DNA of 50,031 bases. Source: a virus. Lineage: Duplodnaviria > Caudoviricetes. The notes below the pieces were generated by a model. It ran no database searches. It saw only the letters and a list, made by a program, of their open reading frames with translations, and was not told where the DNA came from. Shown one piece after another: positions 37,748 through 48,200 of this stretch (position 1 is the stretch's first letter; each line of letters starts with the position of its first letter). The stretch spans positions 1-50,031 of IMG/VR virus record IMGVR_UViG_3300047561_001219, one strand, 5' to 3'. Position numbers and translations under genes: made by a program.

Positions 37748-40700
37748 ATGTCTTTTCCCGTTTCACCCTCAAACAATCAAGTTACAACAGTTAACGGAAT
37801 AGTATATCAATATCGTTCTGATAAAACTGCTTGGATAATTGTACCTTCTACGGCTATCGGTAGTGCAGCAGACACCGCTAATGCAGCGTTTGATAAAGCC
37901 AATTCAGCCAATGTACTTGCTCAAGCGGCTTTCAATACCGCCAATACAGCACTCTTTAAAAGTGGTTTTGATAATGGAGTAACTGCAAACGTAGTTATAA
38001 TTTCAAATACAACTGCATCAATTAGCAATACTACTGGTGCTTTAAGGGTTGTTGGTGGTGTAGGTATTTCCGGTAATTTATATGTTGCTGGAAATATTGT
38101 TGACACAACAGGTAACACCGTATTAAAACAAGATACTGCCGGTAATGTAATTGTTTCTGGTACATTGACTGTACAAAATACTAATATATTATTACAACTT
38201 CAAAATGCTTTTAATAAAGCCAATGCAGCAAATGTATTAGCTCAAGCGGCTTACGACCAAGCAAATTCTGCTTCAGGCAATACAATAGTTCTTGCTGCCG
38301 GTAATGTAGCACAAAATTCAAATATTACTTTTTTAACTGGCTTTAGTCAAGGTGCATACGATAAAGCCAATTCGGCTAATGCGTTTGCACAATCAGCATA
38401 CGATAACTCTAACACTAAATTTAATTCTTCTGGTGGTAACATAAGTGGTGATGTTACCATTATTAATAATAAAAATTTAGTTGTTACTGGAAACCTAACC
38501 GTTCAAGGTAATTTAGTCACCACAAATACACAATCGTTTACGGTAGCAGACCCGTTAATTGTTTTAGGAACAGGAAATTATACTACTGATGTAAAAGATA
38601 TTGGTTTTGCAGGACATTATAATGATGGCGTCAATGCTCATGCTGGACTTGTTAGAGATTCAACAACAAAAGAATGGTATTTGTTTAAAGGATATACTCC
38701 TGAATTAGATGCAAACAACAATTTAGATATTGTAGATGCTTCATTTAGAACAGCAAATTTAAATGCTGATATTGTTCGTGGTAATTTAATTGGCACTACT
38801 GCCACAGTAAACAATATTGAGTTGGGTGGATTTACTTCATCGGCATATTATGCAGCAAACGTGGTTGCAGCTGGTCTTGTATCCGCCAATGCCAATATTA
38901 GTTTCTTAACTGGCTTTAGCCAAGGTGCTTATGATAAGGCAAACACCACAGCAACAGTAGCTAATAGTACTGCCGTGGTAGCTAACATTGTTGCGGCTGG
39001 ATTAGTATCTGCTAATGCAAACATTACATTTTTAACTGGCTTTAGCCAAGGTGCTTATGATAAAGCCAATACTACTGCCACAGTAGCCAATAGTACAGCA
39101 GTAGTTGCCAATATAGTAGCCGCTGGATTGGTGGCAACCAACACTAATACTGCTATAGCTTTAGCAGGTGTTGCTGCAGCAAACTCTAATATTAGTTTCT
39201 TAACTGGCTTTAGCCAAGGTGCTTATGATAAAGCCAATGCTGCCAATGTACTTGCTCAAGCGGCTTTTGATGCTGCTAATTCGGCGGCAGCAGGAACAGC
39301 TGATACTTATGCAAGAGGACTAGCACAAGGTGCTTATAACAAAGCAAATACGGCTTACGATTTTGCCAATACTATTGCTGGATCCAGTTCTTTTGGTGGT
39401 GGTACAGTAGCAAACGCTACATATTTTGCCAACAATACCATATCAACTAATACTAATACTGGTGCGTTAAGAGTAGCTGGAGGTTTTGGTGTTGGTGGTG
39501 ATGTATTCATTGCTGGTAATTTAACAGTTGGTGGTGCCAATGTAATTAATTCATTAAATTTTGCCAACAATAACATCACATTCTTAACTGGTTTCAGTCA
39601 AGGTGCTTATAATCTTGCAAATGTGGTACAAGCTGGTCTTGTAGCAACCAATACGAATACTACTATTGCTCTTGCTGGTGTTGCAGCAGCCAATGTTAAT
39701 ATTAATGTTCTTTATGCCGTTAGTATATCTCAAAATGCTAACATAGCAATTGCTCTTGCTGGTGTTGCTGCAGCCAATGCTAATATATCTTTTTTAACTG
39801 GTTTTGCTCAAGCCGCTTACGACAAGGCAAATACAACTGCTACTGTAGCTAATAGTACTGCTGTTGTTGCCAATATAGTAGCCGCTGGATTGGTGGCAAC
39901 CAACACTAATACTGCTATAGCTTTAGCGGGTGTTGCTGCAGCTAATGCCAATATTAGTTTCTTAACTGGTTTTAGCCAAGGCGCATACGATAAAGCCAAT
40001 ACTACTGCTACTGTAGCTAATAGTACAGCAGTAGTTGCTAATATTGTGGCGGCTGGTCTTGTATCAACAAATACTAATGTAGCAATTGCTTTAGCTGGTG
40101 TTGCTGCAGCAAACTCTAACATCTCATTCTTAACAGGATTTAGCCAAGCGGCTTTTGATAAAGCAAACATCGGTGCTATTTCAGCTAATTCATCTTTACA
40201 AATATCTGGTCAAACACCAAACGTAGTAATTTTTGCCAACTCTGGTGGTTATTTAAGTAACACAACTGGTTTCCAATTCTACTCAACAAATAATACTGGA
40301 AGACTTGCCGGTACTTTATATGCCGGTGGTGAAACTGGTAAATCGGCTTTAATTGCTAATGGTTACAATCAAAGAGGTGGTGTAGGTTATCAAGGCTTCT
40401 TAGAAGTCACTAATGAATATGGTAGCGCAACTAATCCAAGTAAATTCTTCCGTTTGGATCCATCTGGTTCATTTCAAATTAGAAATAGTAGTGATAGTCA
40501 AACAATATTCCAGTTGACTGATGGTGGTGAAGTTACCATACCTTTATCTTTAAAAGCAAACTCTATTCAGTTTGTTGATGGTTCAATTCAATGGACTGCC
40601 AATGCTGGTGGTAGTTCAGCGTTAGCACAAGGTGCTTACGACAAAGCTAACTCCGCAAATGTATTAGCCCAAGCCGCTTACAATCAAGCTAATATAGGTG

Positions 40701-40933
40701 GTAGTGGAATTACAATAACAACGGCAGCAACACCACCTGTATCTGGAAATACTAATGGTTCTCAATGGTACAATACAACTAACGATACTCTTTATGAGTG
40801 GACAACTAGCGATGGTGTATATTATTATTGGATAGATATTCAATCACCTTCTGTTGCTTCAAGCAATGCAATAACAGTTACAGGTGTATCAACAAGCAAG
40901 TCTATTGCTTTTGCATTAATTTTTGGAGGTTAA
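37748..40933 (+). CDS. Long tail fibre 2 (paralog of fibre 1)
   Basis: Same heptad repeats and shared ~150-aa domain (SNTKF.SSGGNISGDV...ADPLIVLG...DIGF..HYN); ends in KSIAFALIFGG. Confidence 0.8.
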   Translation: MSFPVSPSNNQVTTVNGIVYQYRSDKTAWIIVPSTAIGSAADTANAAFDKANSANVLAQAAFNTANTALFKSGFDNGVTANVVIISNTTASISNTTGALRVVGGVGISGNLYVAGNIVDTTGNTVLKQDTAGNVIVSGTLTVQNTNILLQLQNAFNKANAANVLAQAAYDQANSASGNTIVLAAGNVAQNSNITFLTGFSQGAYDKANSANAFAQSAYDNSNTKFNSSGGNISGDVTIINNKNLVVTGNLTVQGNLVTTNTQSFTVADPLIVLGTGNYTTDVKDIGFAGHYNDGVNAHAGLVRDSTTKEWYLFKGYTPELDANNNLDIVDASFRTANLNADIVRGNLIGTTATVNNIELGGFTSSAYYAANVVAAGLVSANANISFLTGFSQGAYDKANTTATVANSTAVVANIVAAGLVSANANITFLTGFSQGAYDKANTTATVANSTAVVANIVAAGLVATNTNTAIALAGVAAANSNISFLTGFSQGAYDKANAANVLAQAAFDAANSAAAGTADTYARGLAQGAYNKANTAYDFANTIAGSSSFGGGTVANATYFANNTISTNTNTGALRVAGGFGVGGDVFIAGNLTVGGANVINSLNFANNNITFLTGFSQGAYNLANVVQAGLVATNTNTTIALAGVAAANVNINVLYAVSISQNANIAIALAGVAAANANISFLTGFAQAAYDKANTTATVANSTAVVANIVAAGLVATNTNTAIALAGVAAANANISFLTGFSQGAYDKANTTATVANSTAVVANIVAAGLVSTNTNVAIALAGVAAANSNISFLTGFSQAAFDKANIGAISANSSLQISGQTPNVVIFANSGGYLSNTTGFQFYSTNNTGRLAGTLYAGGETGKSALIANGYNQRGGVGYQGFLEVTNEYGSATNPSKFFRLDPSGSFQIRNSSDSQTIFQLTDGGEVTIPLSLKANSIQFVDGSIQWTANAGGSSALAQGAYDKANSANVLAQAAYNQANIGGSGITITTAATPPVSGNTNGSQWYNTTNDTLYEWTTSDGVYYYWIDIQSPSVASSNAITVTGVSTSKSIAFALIFGG
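38860..40170 (+). repeat. Intragenic coding repeats (14/42/56-aa units) in fibre 2
   Basis: Recurrent ANTTATV-ANSTAVV-ANIVAAG-...-ISFLTGF-SQGAYDK units; exact 62-bp copies at 39104-39165 and 39866-39927; exact 44-bp copies at 38894-38937 and 39188-39231. Confidence 0.9.
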
Positions 40934-40934
40934 A

Positions 40935-41291
40935 ATGGCAGCACCAAACATTGCACAATTAAATAGCATTTATGGAAATACAGCCACGTATTTGGCTAAT
41001 ACAATTGCAGGAATATTCCTTACAAACGGAACAAATAGTGGATCCGTAATTAAAGTAAACTCGGTTGTTATTTCAAATTATTTACCAACTACGTCTAATG
41101 CATATATTGATATGGTTCGTGGTGGAATCAGTTATCCCATACTTGGAACTTGTCAAATTCCACCAAATTCAACAATGGTTGCAATAGCTAAAGATGTGAT
41201 GATGTATTTGGTAGAAGGAGATTCACTAAGAGCAAATTCTAATGTGAGTACTGGTGTTGCAGTAACAGCTTCATATGAAACAATAAGTTAA
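40935..41291 (+). CDS. Small adaptor-like virion protein
   Basis: GGAGGT RBS then ATG at 40935 (MAAPNI...IYG.T); IKVNSVVISN...IP.NST......YL.EGDSLRA. Confidence 0.75.
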   Translation: MAAPNIAQLNSIYGNTATYLANTIAGIFLTNGTNSGSVIKVNSVVISNYLPTTSNAYIDMVRGGISYPILGTCQIPPNSTMVAIAKDVMMYLVEGDSLRANSNVSTGVAVTASYETIS

Positions 41292-41296
41292 AGCCA

Positions 41297-42628
41297 ATGA
41301 GAACTAGAGGAAATAGCGGAGTTATAGGTCAAACAGTAAAACCAGGAACTGGTGGAGTTGCTGGAGCTACTGATGCTGCGCAAGCTTCGGCAGGTGGTTC
41401 TTGGCCAGGTTCAGTTTCAACTAACATTATTTATAGTGGTGGTGCCAGTTCAGGATATGCCGTAACAACAACTGTTACAAGTGTGATAGTAACCGATAGT
41501 GGTTTTGCCAATACTCCTGGTGCATTGATTCGTTACAGTAATTCTTTTATAAAAGTATTTGGTGCAGGATTTATAGGCAATACCGTGGTGGTAGTTAATG
41601 CAAATAACGTGCCGCAAGCAAATATTACTTATGTAAGTCAATCGGAACTTAGAGTTGTCTTACCTCCAATAGCCAATATTGTATCTGTAACAATTAATGT
41701 GCTTAATCCTTCTGATAATAGTAATGTTACTAATCAAGCATCCTATCCAATAAGTTATTTGGTTGTTGGCGGTGGAGGTTCTGGGGGCAAAAGTGTAGGT
41801 GGTGGCGGTGGTGCAGGAGCAGTAGCTAATGGTAATACTTATTTAATACAAGGAATATCTTATCCAATTGTTGTTGGTGGTGGCGGAAACCGAGTAGCTT
41901 ACCCACCAACAGCTGGCCAAAGAGGCTGTGCTGGCGGACCGACTATTTTTGGTGCTTTGTTTAATGTAGCAGGTGGTGGAGGTGGCGGTTCAGGAGGTCC
42001 CACCATAGGTCCTGGATTACCTTCTAGTGCTTCTGCTGGCGGCGGTGCAAGTCTTGATTCCAGTAATCAGCCAGCTTTTGGAGGGTGTGGAACTCCAGGT
42101 CAAGGATTTCCAGGAGGCAAGTCTAGATATACCAATTGCGGAGGTACGTCACCGGTTTATGGCGGCGGTGGCGGTGGAGGATTTACGTCAGCTGGAAAAG
42201 ATGCAGGTGCTTGCTCATCAGTAGGTGGCGCTGGTGGTAACGGCATAACATGGTCATTCACCGGATTACAATATGCTGGTGGCGGAGGTGGTGGCCGCTT
42301 TTGTTCCGGTGGTGGAGGTGCCGGAGGATTTAGAGGCGGATCTGGCGGTAGTCGAAGCGGCGGTGGACAAGCCGGTGCCGTTGGATCAGGTAGTGGTGGA
42401 GGAGGAGGAGGAAGCACAGTTTGTTTATGTTGTAGAGCAAGTGGAGGAGGAGGAGGATCAGGTACAGTTATTTTAGTAATTCCAAACGCAATATATCCTA
42501 CTGTATCTGCGCCGGGTGCTTCTGTATCAACTCCACCTAATGCTCCAGGTCGTACTGTATTAACTTATACCACACCAGGTTGTGCGCCGTGTAGATATAC
42601 ACCAAGGTCATTCACCTTTATAGCTTAA
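41297..42628 (+). CDS. IPT/TIG-like plus glycine-rich domain protein (putative fibre-tip adhesin 1)
   Basis: IKVFGAGF....VVVN.....ITYVSQSELRVVLP (IPT-like); YLVVGGGGSGG...YAGGGGGG...GSGTVIL (Gly-rich domain). Confidence 0.75.
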   Translation: MRTRGNSGVIGQTVKPGTGGVAGATDAAQASAGGSWPGSVSTNIIYSGGASSGYAVTTTVTSVIVTDSGFANTPGALIRYSNSFIKVFGAGFIGNTVVVVNANNVPQANITYVSQSELRVVLPPIANIVSVTINVLNPSDNSNVTNQASYPISYLVVGGGGSGGKSVGGGGGAGAVANGNTYLIQGISYPIVVGGGGNRVAYPPTAGQRGCAGGPTIFGALFNVAGGGGGGSGGPTIGPGLPSSASAGGGASLDSSNQPAFGGCGTPGQGFPGGKSRYTNCGGTSPVYGGGGGGGFTSAGKDAGACSSVGGAGGNGITWSFTGLQYAGGGGGGRFCSGGGGAGGFRGGSGGSRSGGGQAGAVGSGSGGGGGGSTVCLCCRASGGGGGSGTVILVIPNAIYPTVSAPGASVSTPPNAPGRTVLTYTTPGCAPCRYTPRSFTFIA

Positions 42629-42666
42629 TAAATCTTAAAATAATCGGATAAAAAATGGCATTTCCA
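42613..42666 (+). repeat. 54-bp direct repeat, copy 1 (adhesin 3' end, intergenic region, next gene start)
   Basis: Matches 44684-44737 at 53 of 54 positions. Confidence 0.95.
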
Positions 42667-42984
42667 ACCAATCCAACAAATAACTCAACTGCTCTTGTTA
42701 ATGGTATAACATATACCTATAGCTCTGCAACTAAGTCATGGAAAAGAAATGTATCAGCCAATACTGGAGTAGTTTACACTGCTTCTACAGGTACTCCTCC
42801 TAGTTCACCTAGAACTGGTGACCAATGGTATAATATTTCAGAAGATATTCTTTATGAATACATAACGGATGGCACAGGATTTTATTGGGTTGACCAATCA
42901 TCTGCAGCAATATCATCAACAACGTCTTTGACTACTGCGGTACAGAATAGTCAATTAAGTCCATTTTTATTAATGGGCGCTTAA
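42655..42984 (+). CDS. Minimal fibre/connector protein (MxFP N-module, GDQWY module, SPFLLMGA tail)
   Basis: Both modules recur in neighbouring fibre proteins. Confidence 0.7.
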   Translation: MAFPTNPTNNSTALVNGITYTYSSATKSWKRNVSANTGVVYTASTGTPPSSPRTGDQWYNISEDILYEYITDGTGFYWVDQSSAAISSTTSLTTAVQNSQLSPFLLMGA

Positions 42985-42993
42985 GGAAAAAAA

Positions 42994-43323
42994 ATGGCAA
43001 TATCATATAAAGTTTTAGGACAAAGTAACCCAGCTGCTAACACACCAGTATCTTTATATACGGTTCCTTTGGCCACAAATACTATAATTAGTACTGTTAC
43101 TATTTGTAATTTATCAAATACTGCCGGTTCATTTAAGCTTGCAATACAACCTGGCGGAGTTTCAATATTAAATTCACATTATATTATGTTCAATACTCCT
43201 GTTCCTGGTAATGATACAATTTCTTTAACACTTGGTATGACTTTAGGTGCATTAGATATTTTATCTTGTAATTCAAATACAAGTACAATAAGTTTTAGTG
43301 CATTTGGTAGTGAGATTAGTTAA
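42994..43323 (+). CDS. Small adaptor-like virion protein
   Basis: YKVLGQSNP......LYTVP...TIISTVTICN.....LTLGMTL...D......SFSAFGSEIS. Confidence 0.75.
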   Translation: MAISYKVLGQSNPAANTPVSLYTVPLATNTIISTVTICNLSNTAGSFKLAIQPGGVSILNSHYIMFNTPVPGNDTISLTLGMTLGALDILSCNSNTSTISFSAFGSEIS

Positions 43324-44699
43324 TGTCAGTTAAGACAACAAGTCAATCTCAAATAGGGCAAGATACTGCTAAGAATAGTCAGATTGTTACATCGTCTGTC
43401 ATAACAACTGTTTCTGGTGGTGGCACAACTGCTGCAGCTGGACCAACTGGACCGGTTATTACAAGCATAGTAGTAACCAACAATGCTTTTGCCAACAATT
43501 CAAATACAATTAGTTACAGCAATTCTTTTGTAAAAGTATTTGGTACAGGATTTTTGGCTAATACAGTAGTATATGTCAACGCCAATACAATACCTTCAAC
43601 AAACGTTACTTATGTAAGTCCAACCGAACTTAGAGTTGCTTTACCTATATTAGATAATGTTTCAACTATAAATTTTAATGTGGTTAATCTTAATTTGGGT
43701 TTAGCTTCTCCAACATTTGCAAATACTGGCACACCGTCATATCCAGGAACCTATTTAATTGTTGGTGGTGGAGGAGCTGGCGGTTTTAGAAATGGAGGCG
43801 GCGGAGGTGGAGGAGGATTCTTAAGCAGTACTTTTAATTTCAGAAGCGGATACAGTTATCCAATTACTGTTGGTAGAGGCGGATATCATGTAAACTCACC
43901 CTCAGTACCTTCACTAGGTCGAGGATCAAGCGGAAATACTTCTTCTTTTCATAGTTTTACTGCTTATGGTGGTGGAGGTGGTGGTACAAGTCTATGTCGG
44001 GGATCAAATAACTTCTGCGGCGCATTTGGATTACCAATACGGCAGGCCTGTGGACTTGTTAACGGAGATTCTACTTCAATATTACCTATTGTTAGACCCA
44101 TTTTAGCTGGATCTGGCGGTGGTGGAGCAGGGGCTATGCCATCAAATCCTCTTGCCCTCGGTGGTCTAGCTTTTGGCAGTGCTGCATTATGCACTCCTGG
44201 TACACAAGGTTCTCCTGGTAAACAAGCGACCGGTTCTGGCGGCGGCGGTGGAGGAGCTGGAGCTTTAGCTCCTCCTGGATGCGCTCGTAAAGGCAATTGC
44301 GGTAAATTATTTCCGTACACAGGATTATTTTATGCAGGAGGAGGAGGCGGTGGATTTTCTTTTACTTCTATTCCTGGAATTCCAGGAGGAGCTGGCGGTT
44401 CTGGTGGCGGCGGTAACGGTGGCGGCCCCGGATGCAATACGGGTGCAGGATCTCCTGGCTTAGGCGGTGGCGGTGGCGGTGGCGCATATCTTTGTAGTTG
44501 CAGCTCAAGGAATTGGGGCCAACCAGGTGGACCAGGTATAGTTATTCTAGTAGTACCAACTGCAGCATATCCCGGCACAACACCTGGTGGTGCTACTGTA
44601 TCAACTCCAGCTTCTGCTCCAGGTATGACGGTATTGACTTATCCCGCTCCAGCCGCATGTTCGCCAAGTCCACAAAGCACATACACCTTTATAGCTTAA
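43323..44699 (+). CDS. IPT/TIG-like plus glycine-rich domain protein (putative fibre-tip adhesin 2)
   Basis: Paralog of 41297..42628: SNSFVKVFGTGF, TYVSPTELRVALP, Gly-rich domain, ends TFIA. Confidence 0.75.
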   Translation: MSVKTTSQSQIGQDTAKNSQIVTSSVITTVSGGGTTAAAGPTGPVITSIVVTNNAFANNSNTISYSNSFVKVFGTGFLANTVVYVNANTIPSTNVTYVSPTELRVALPILDNVSTINFNVVNLNLGLASPTFANTGTPSYPGTYLIVGGGGAGGFRNGGGGGGGGFLSSTFNFRSGYSYPITVGRGGYHVNSPSVPSLGRGSSGNTSSFHSFTAYGGGGGGTSLCRGSNNFCGAFGLPIRQACGLVNGDSTSILPIVRPILAGSGGGGAGAMPSNPLALGGLAFGSAALCTPGTQGSPGKQATGSGGGGGGAGALAPPGCARKGNCGKLFPYTGLFYAGGGGGGFSFTSIPGIPGGAGGSGGGGNGGGPGCNTGAGSPGLGGGGGGGAYLCSCSSRNWGQPGGPGIVILVVPTAAYPGTTPGGATVSTPASAPGMTVLTYPAPAACSPSPQSTYTFIA

Positions 44700-44737
44700 T
44701 AAATATTAAAATAATCGGATAAAAAATGGCATTTCCA
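44684..44737 (+). repeat. 54-bp direct repeat, copy 2 (contains AATAAATA late-promoter-like box at 44698-44705)
   Basis: Matches 42613-42666 at 53 of 54 positions. Confidence 0.95.
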
Positions 44738-45232
44738 TATCAAGCAAATACAGGTCGAACCGCCGTTGTTAATGGCGTAACTTATGTTTATAATGCTCAG
44801 TTAAATACTTGGAAAGTATCAGCAAACGTTGCAAACATTTATTCATCTTCGCAATTAACTCCAATTTCTAATTTATTTGAATTTGATGATATTTCTAATG
44901 CAACAGACGGATACAAAAATACTTTTCCATTAACTTATAACCAAGTTAAAATAGGAGTATACAGTCCATTCAGTTTATTGGTATCAATAAATGGTATTTT
45001 ACAAAACGCTTTTGATCCTAAATATGATACGGTATGGCTGAGTAATGTATTAACCGCATCTAGGGGTTACACAATAGACGCTTCTCGTCACCCAACATCA
45101 AACGGATACATAAAGTTTGCGGACAGTCTTCCACAGAACTCCCAAGTACTAATTAGAAGTCAATTTGGTGCGCCTATGGCCACCGCCAAAACCTACCCAT
45201 TCAAGCCACTTGACATTTTAATGGGCATATAA
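44726..45232 (+). CDS. Connector-like virion protein (MxFP N-module)
   Basis: MAFP....VNGVTYVY.....W; DDIS...DG...TFPL; LLVSINGILQ; ends FKPLDILMGI. Confidence 0.65.
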   Translation: MAFPYQANTGRTAVVNGVTYVYNAQLNTWKVSANVANIYSSSQLTPISNLFEFDDISNATDGYKNTFPLTYNQVKIGVYSPFSLLVSINGILQNAFDPKYDTVWLSNVLTASRGYTIDASRHPTSNGYIKFADSLPQNSQVLIRSQFGAPMATAKTYPFKPLDILMGI

Positions 45233-45235
45233 ATA
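45228..45235 (+). promoter_or_regulatory. T4 late promoter
   Basis: Perfect TATAAATA overlapping a stop codon, ~35 nt before GGAG RBS-ATG. Confidence 0.75.
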
Positions 45236-45269
45236 GATAATAACCAATTCCTAATTTACTGGAGCTACC

Positions 45270-48200
45270 ATGGCACGCAAAGCAATACTTGAAACTTACT
45301 ACACATTTACACCATCGACAAGAACTATTGTTATTCCTAAAGCTATTCCAAAAGAACGTCTAACATTAATTACCAACGTTACCACAAACCAAGTTCTTTT
45401 TAATTTTTCGGATCCTAATTTAACAACTACTTCTTATGTAATTGCTACCGATCCAACAACTGGTGTAGTTACTACAACTATTGTATTAAGTTACAATACT
45501 TCTGGTTTAACGGCTACAGACAAATTACAAATTGTTGTTGATGAATATGATGAGAAATTTACTCCTTCTGAATCATATTTGGATCCAATTAACAAGCTTC
45601 GTGTTTCTACTCCACAAAGTTTAATTGATACCGACTATGAGTACTCAATTCAAACAACCAAATGGGAACAATTAGCATTAATTAATAATCGTCCTTTTGG
45701 TTACTATGATACTGCTACTGGTGCTATTAGTATTGCTGATATTCAAGCAAATAATTCATCGAGAACTTATACAGTTTATACAACATCTCCACCGGCCGTA
45801 GGTTCTGCCGTGTTTGTTGGCGATTCTTTATATGCTGGTGCTGATGGTGTCTATATTGTTGATGCAAATACCGGATCAACATTTAGTTATACTGGTAAAT
45901 TTTATTTTACTGGTGTGGGCCAACAATCAATCTTTAATAACGGCGTAACTAACATTTATCGTGGTGGTATTTTTAGTAACTCTGCTATTGCATTAACCAA
46001 CATAACTGTTTCTGCTCAAACTTCTGGTGCATTAGGTAATACTGTTACTGTAACAACACAACAACCACATGGTTTAACAATTGGTAATGAAGTTGCTCTT
46101 ACTGGTGTAACTGCTGCTACATCAGGAGCACCAAATGGTTCTTATACCGTTTCTTCAATTATTTCACAAAATACATTTAACTTTATTCAGCAAACAGGTG
46201 GTCCTTCTGTTGGTGCTTTAACAGGTGGTACACTATATGTTCGACCACAAGGTCAAGCATTACACAGACCATTTGATGGCGGTGTTCGATTCTCTACTAA
46301 CGCTGCTTCACATAATCAATCATACATTCGTCAAACTCGTAGATATTTCCGTTACCAATCTGGTAAAGGTATTCAGATGTCTACTGGTACAACATTAAAG
46401 CCACAGTTTAACTTAGATGGTATTACATATTCATCGGCTAACGGCGTTGTTTATGTTACGACAAAAGATCCACACAATATTCAACCAGGTGTTGGCATAT
46501 TCATTTCTGGTGTTAATGAATCCGGATACAATGGTGCGTACACAATTCAAGACGTAGTGACGCCATACACATTTAGTTATGTTCCTACAACAGCACCATC
46601 AGTTAACGTAGCAAGCGGAATTTATTATGGTTCTGCTAACTCTTGGAATGGTTCTCAAAATCGTATTGGTATTTTTGATTCACAAAACGGTTTATTTTGG
46701 GAATATGATGGCCAAACATTGTCTGCCGTAAAACGTAATGCAACATTTCAATTATCTGGGGTGATTGCGGCAAATTCTGGTTCTTCTTACATTACAGGAA
46801 CAGGTACACTATTTAATAAACAAGTATCTGTTGGAGATTTTATTGTTATTAAAGGTATGTCTTATCGTGTACAAACAATTATTTCTGATACCAGCTTAAC
46901 TGTTTCTCCACAATATCGAGGTCTATCCAATACAATTCAAGCTCAATGTTCAAAAGTTATTGATATAAAAATTCCTCAATCTCAATTTAACATTGACCGT
47001 TTAGACGGAACAGGTCCATCAGGTTACAATATTGATTTGACCAAAATGCAAATGTTCTATATTGACTATTCTTGGTATGGTGCTGGATTTGTTCGTTGGG
47101 GTGTTCGTGGTCCAACAGGTGATGTTGTTTACTGCCACAAGATGATTAATAACAACGTCAACTATCTTGCTTATATGCGTTCAGGTAACTTACCTGGTCG
47201 TTATGAAACTAGTACATACGGCAAAGTAACTTATATGTTAGGTGGTGCATCTGGTGTAGGTACCAACTTAACTGCTACTGATACAACTATTAATGTGGGT
47301 AGCACAACAGGCTTTGCAAATACAGGTATGGTTGCAATTAAAGGACCTACACAAGTTGAATTTGTAAATTATACTGGTAAAACAGATACATCATTTACAG
47401 GTTTGACAAGAGGCCAACCAGGCAACACTAGTATTTTCTTTACAACAACTGCTGGTAATAATAGAATAGTTCTTGCTGCTTCAAATGGTACAACCGGTAT
47501 TCAAGTTGGCCAATATGTTGTTGGTGCTAATATTCCTCCACAAACTTATGTAACTTCATTTGTTCCAAACACATCAATTACATTAAGTTATGCACCTACG
47601 ACTGCAATGACTTTGGCATCAAATGCAGCATTCTTGCCAATGGCCAACGTAGCACAAACATTTACATTTTCTGCAACGGCACAAACAGCAGTTGAGCAAC
47701 ACTCAATTCAATTTGGTCCTGAAGTAAACCATTGGGGTACTTCTGCAATTATGGATGGTGGTTTTTCAACCGATAAATCATTCATTTTCACCAAAGGTAT
47801 GCAAATTCCACAACTTGTACAACCTGGCGCTAACGTAGCATTGATGAGTTTCCGTATTGCACCTTCTGCTAGTAGTGGTATTCCTGGTCAGGCCTTAGGT
47901 ATTCGTGAAATTATTAATCGTATGCAGTTGTTACCATATCAGTTAGACGTTTATTGTAATCAAGGTATGTTGATGACTATTTTCTTGAATTCTACGGCAA
48001 ATAATTCAACTAATACTTGGCTCAACGTAGGTGGTTCAAGTTTGACACAATATGTTTTCCATTCTAACGGTACTTTTGTCCTACAAAATACTGGTGAACC
48101 TGTATTCGGTTTCTACTTGAATACACAACAAGGTACATATCAGACAACTCAGCAAGACTTAACACAGTTGCTTGCTTTGGGTCACAGTATTAATGGTGGC

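Noticed and set aside
667-39579. Numerous short alternate-frame or antisense ORFs of 60-185 aa nested in long genes
   Set aside because: No recognisable motifs or RBS; expected by-products of biased codon usage in long ORFs.
31900-40200. Regularly recurring ~45-bp repeats as a CRISPR array
   Set aside because: Repeats are in-frame coding units with synonymous variation, the intervening sequences are themselves repetitive, and no cas genes are present.
42157-44578. Proline-rich minus-strand ORFs (42157..42417, 43964..44320, 44330..44578)
   Set aside because: Antisense shadows of GGN glycine codons in the adhesin genes; no independent signals.
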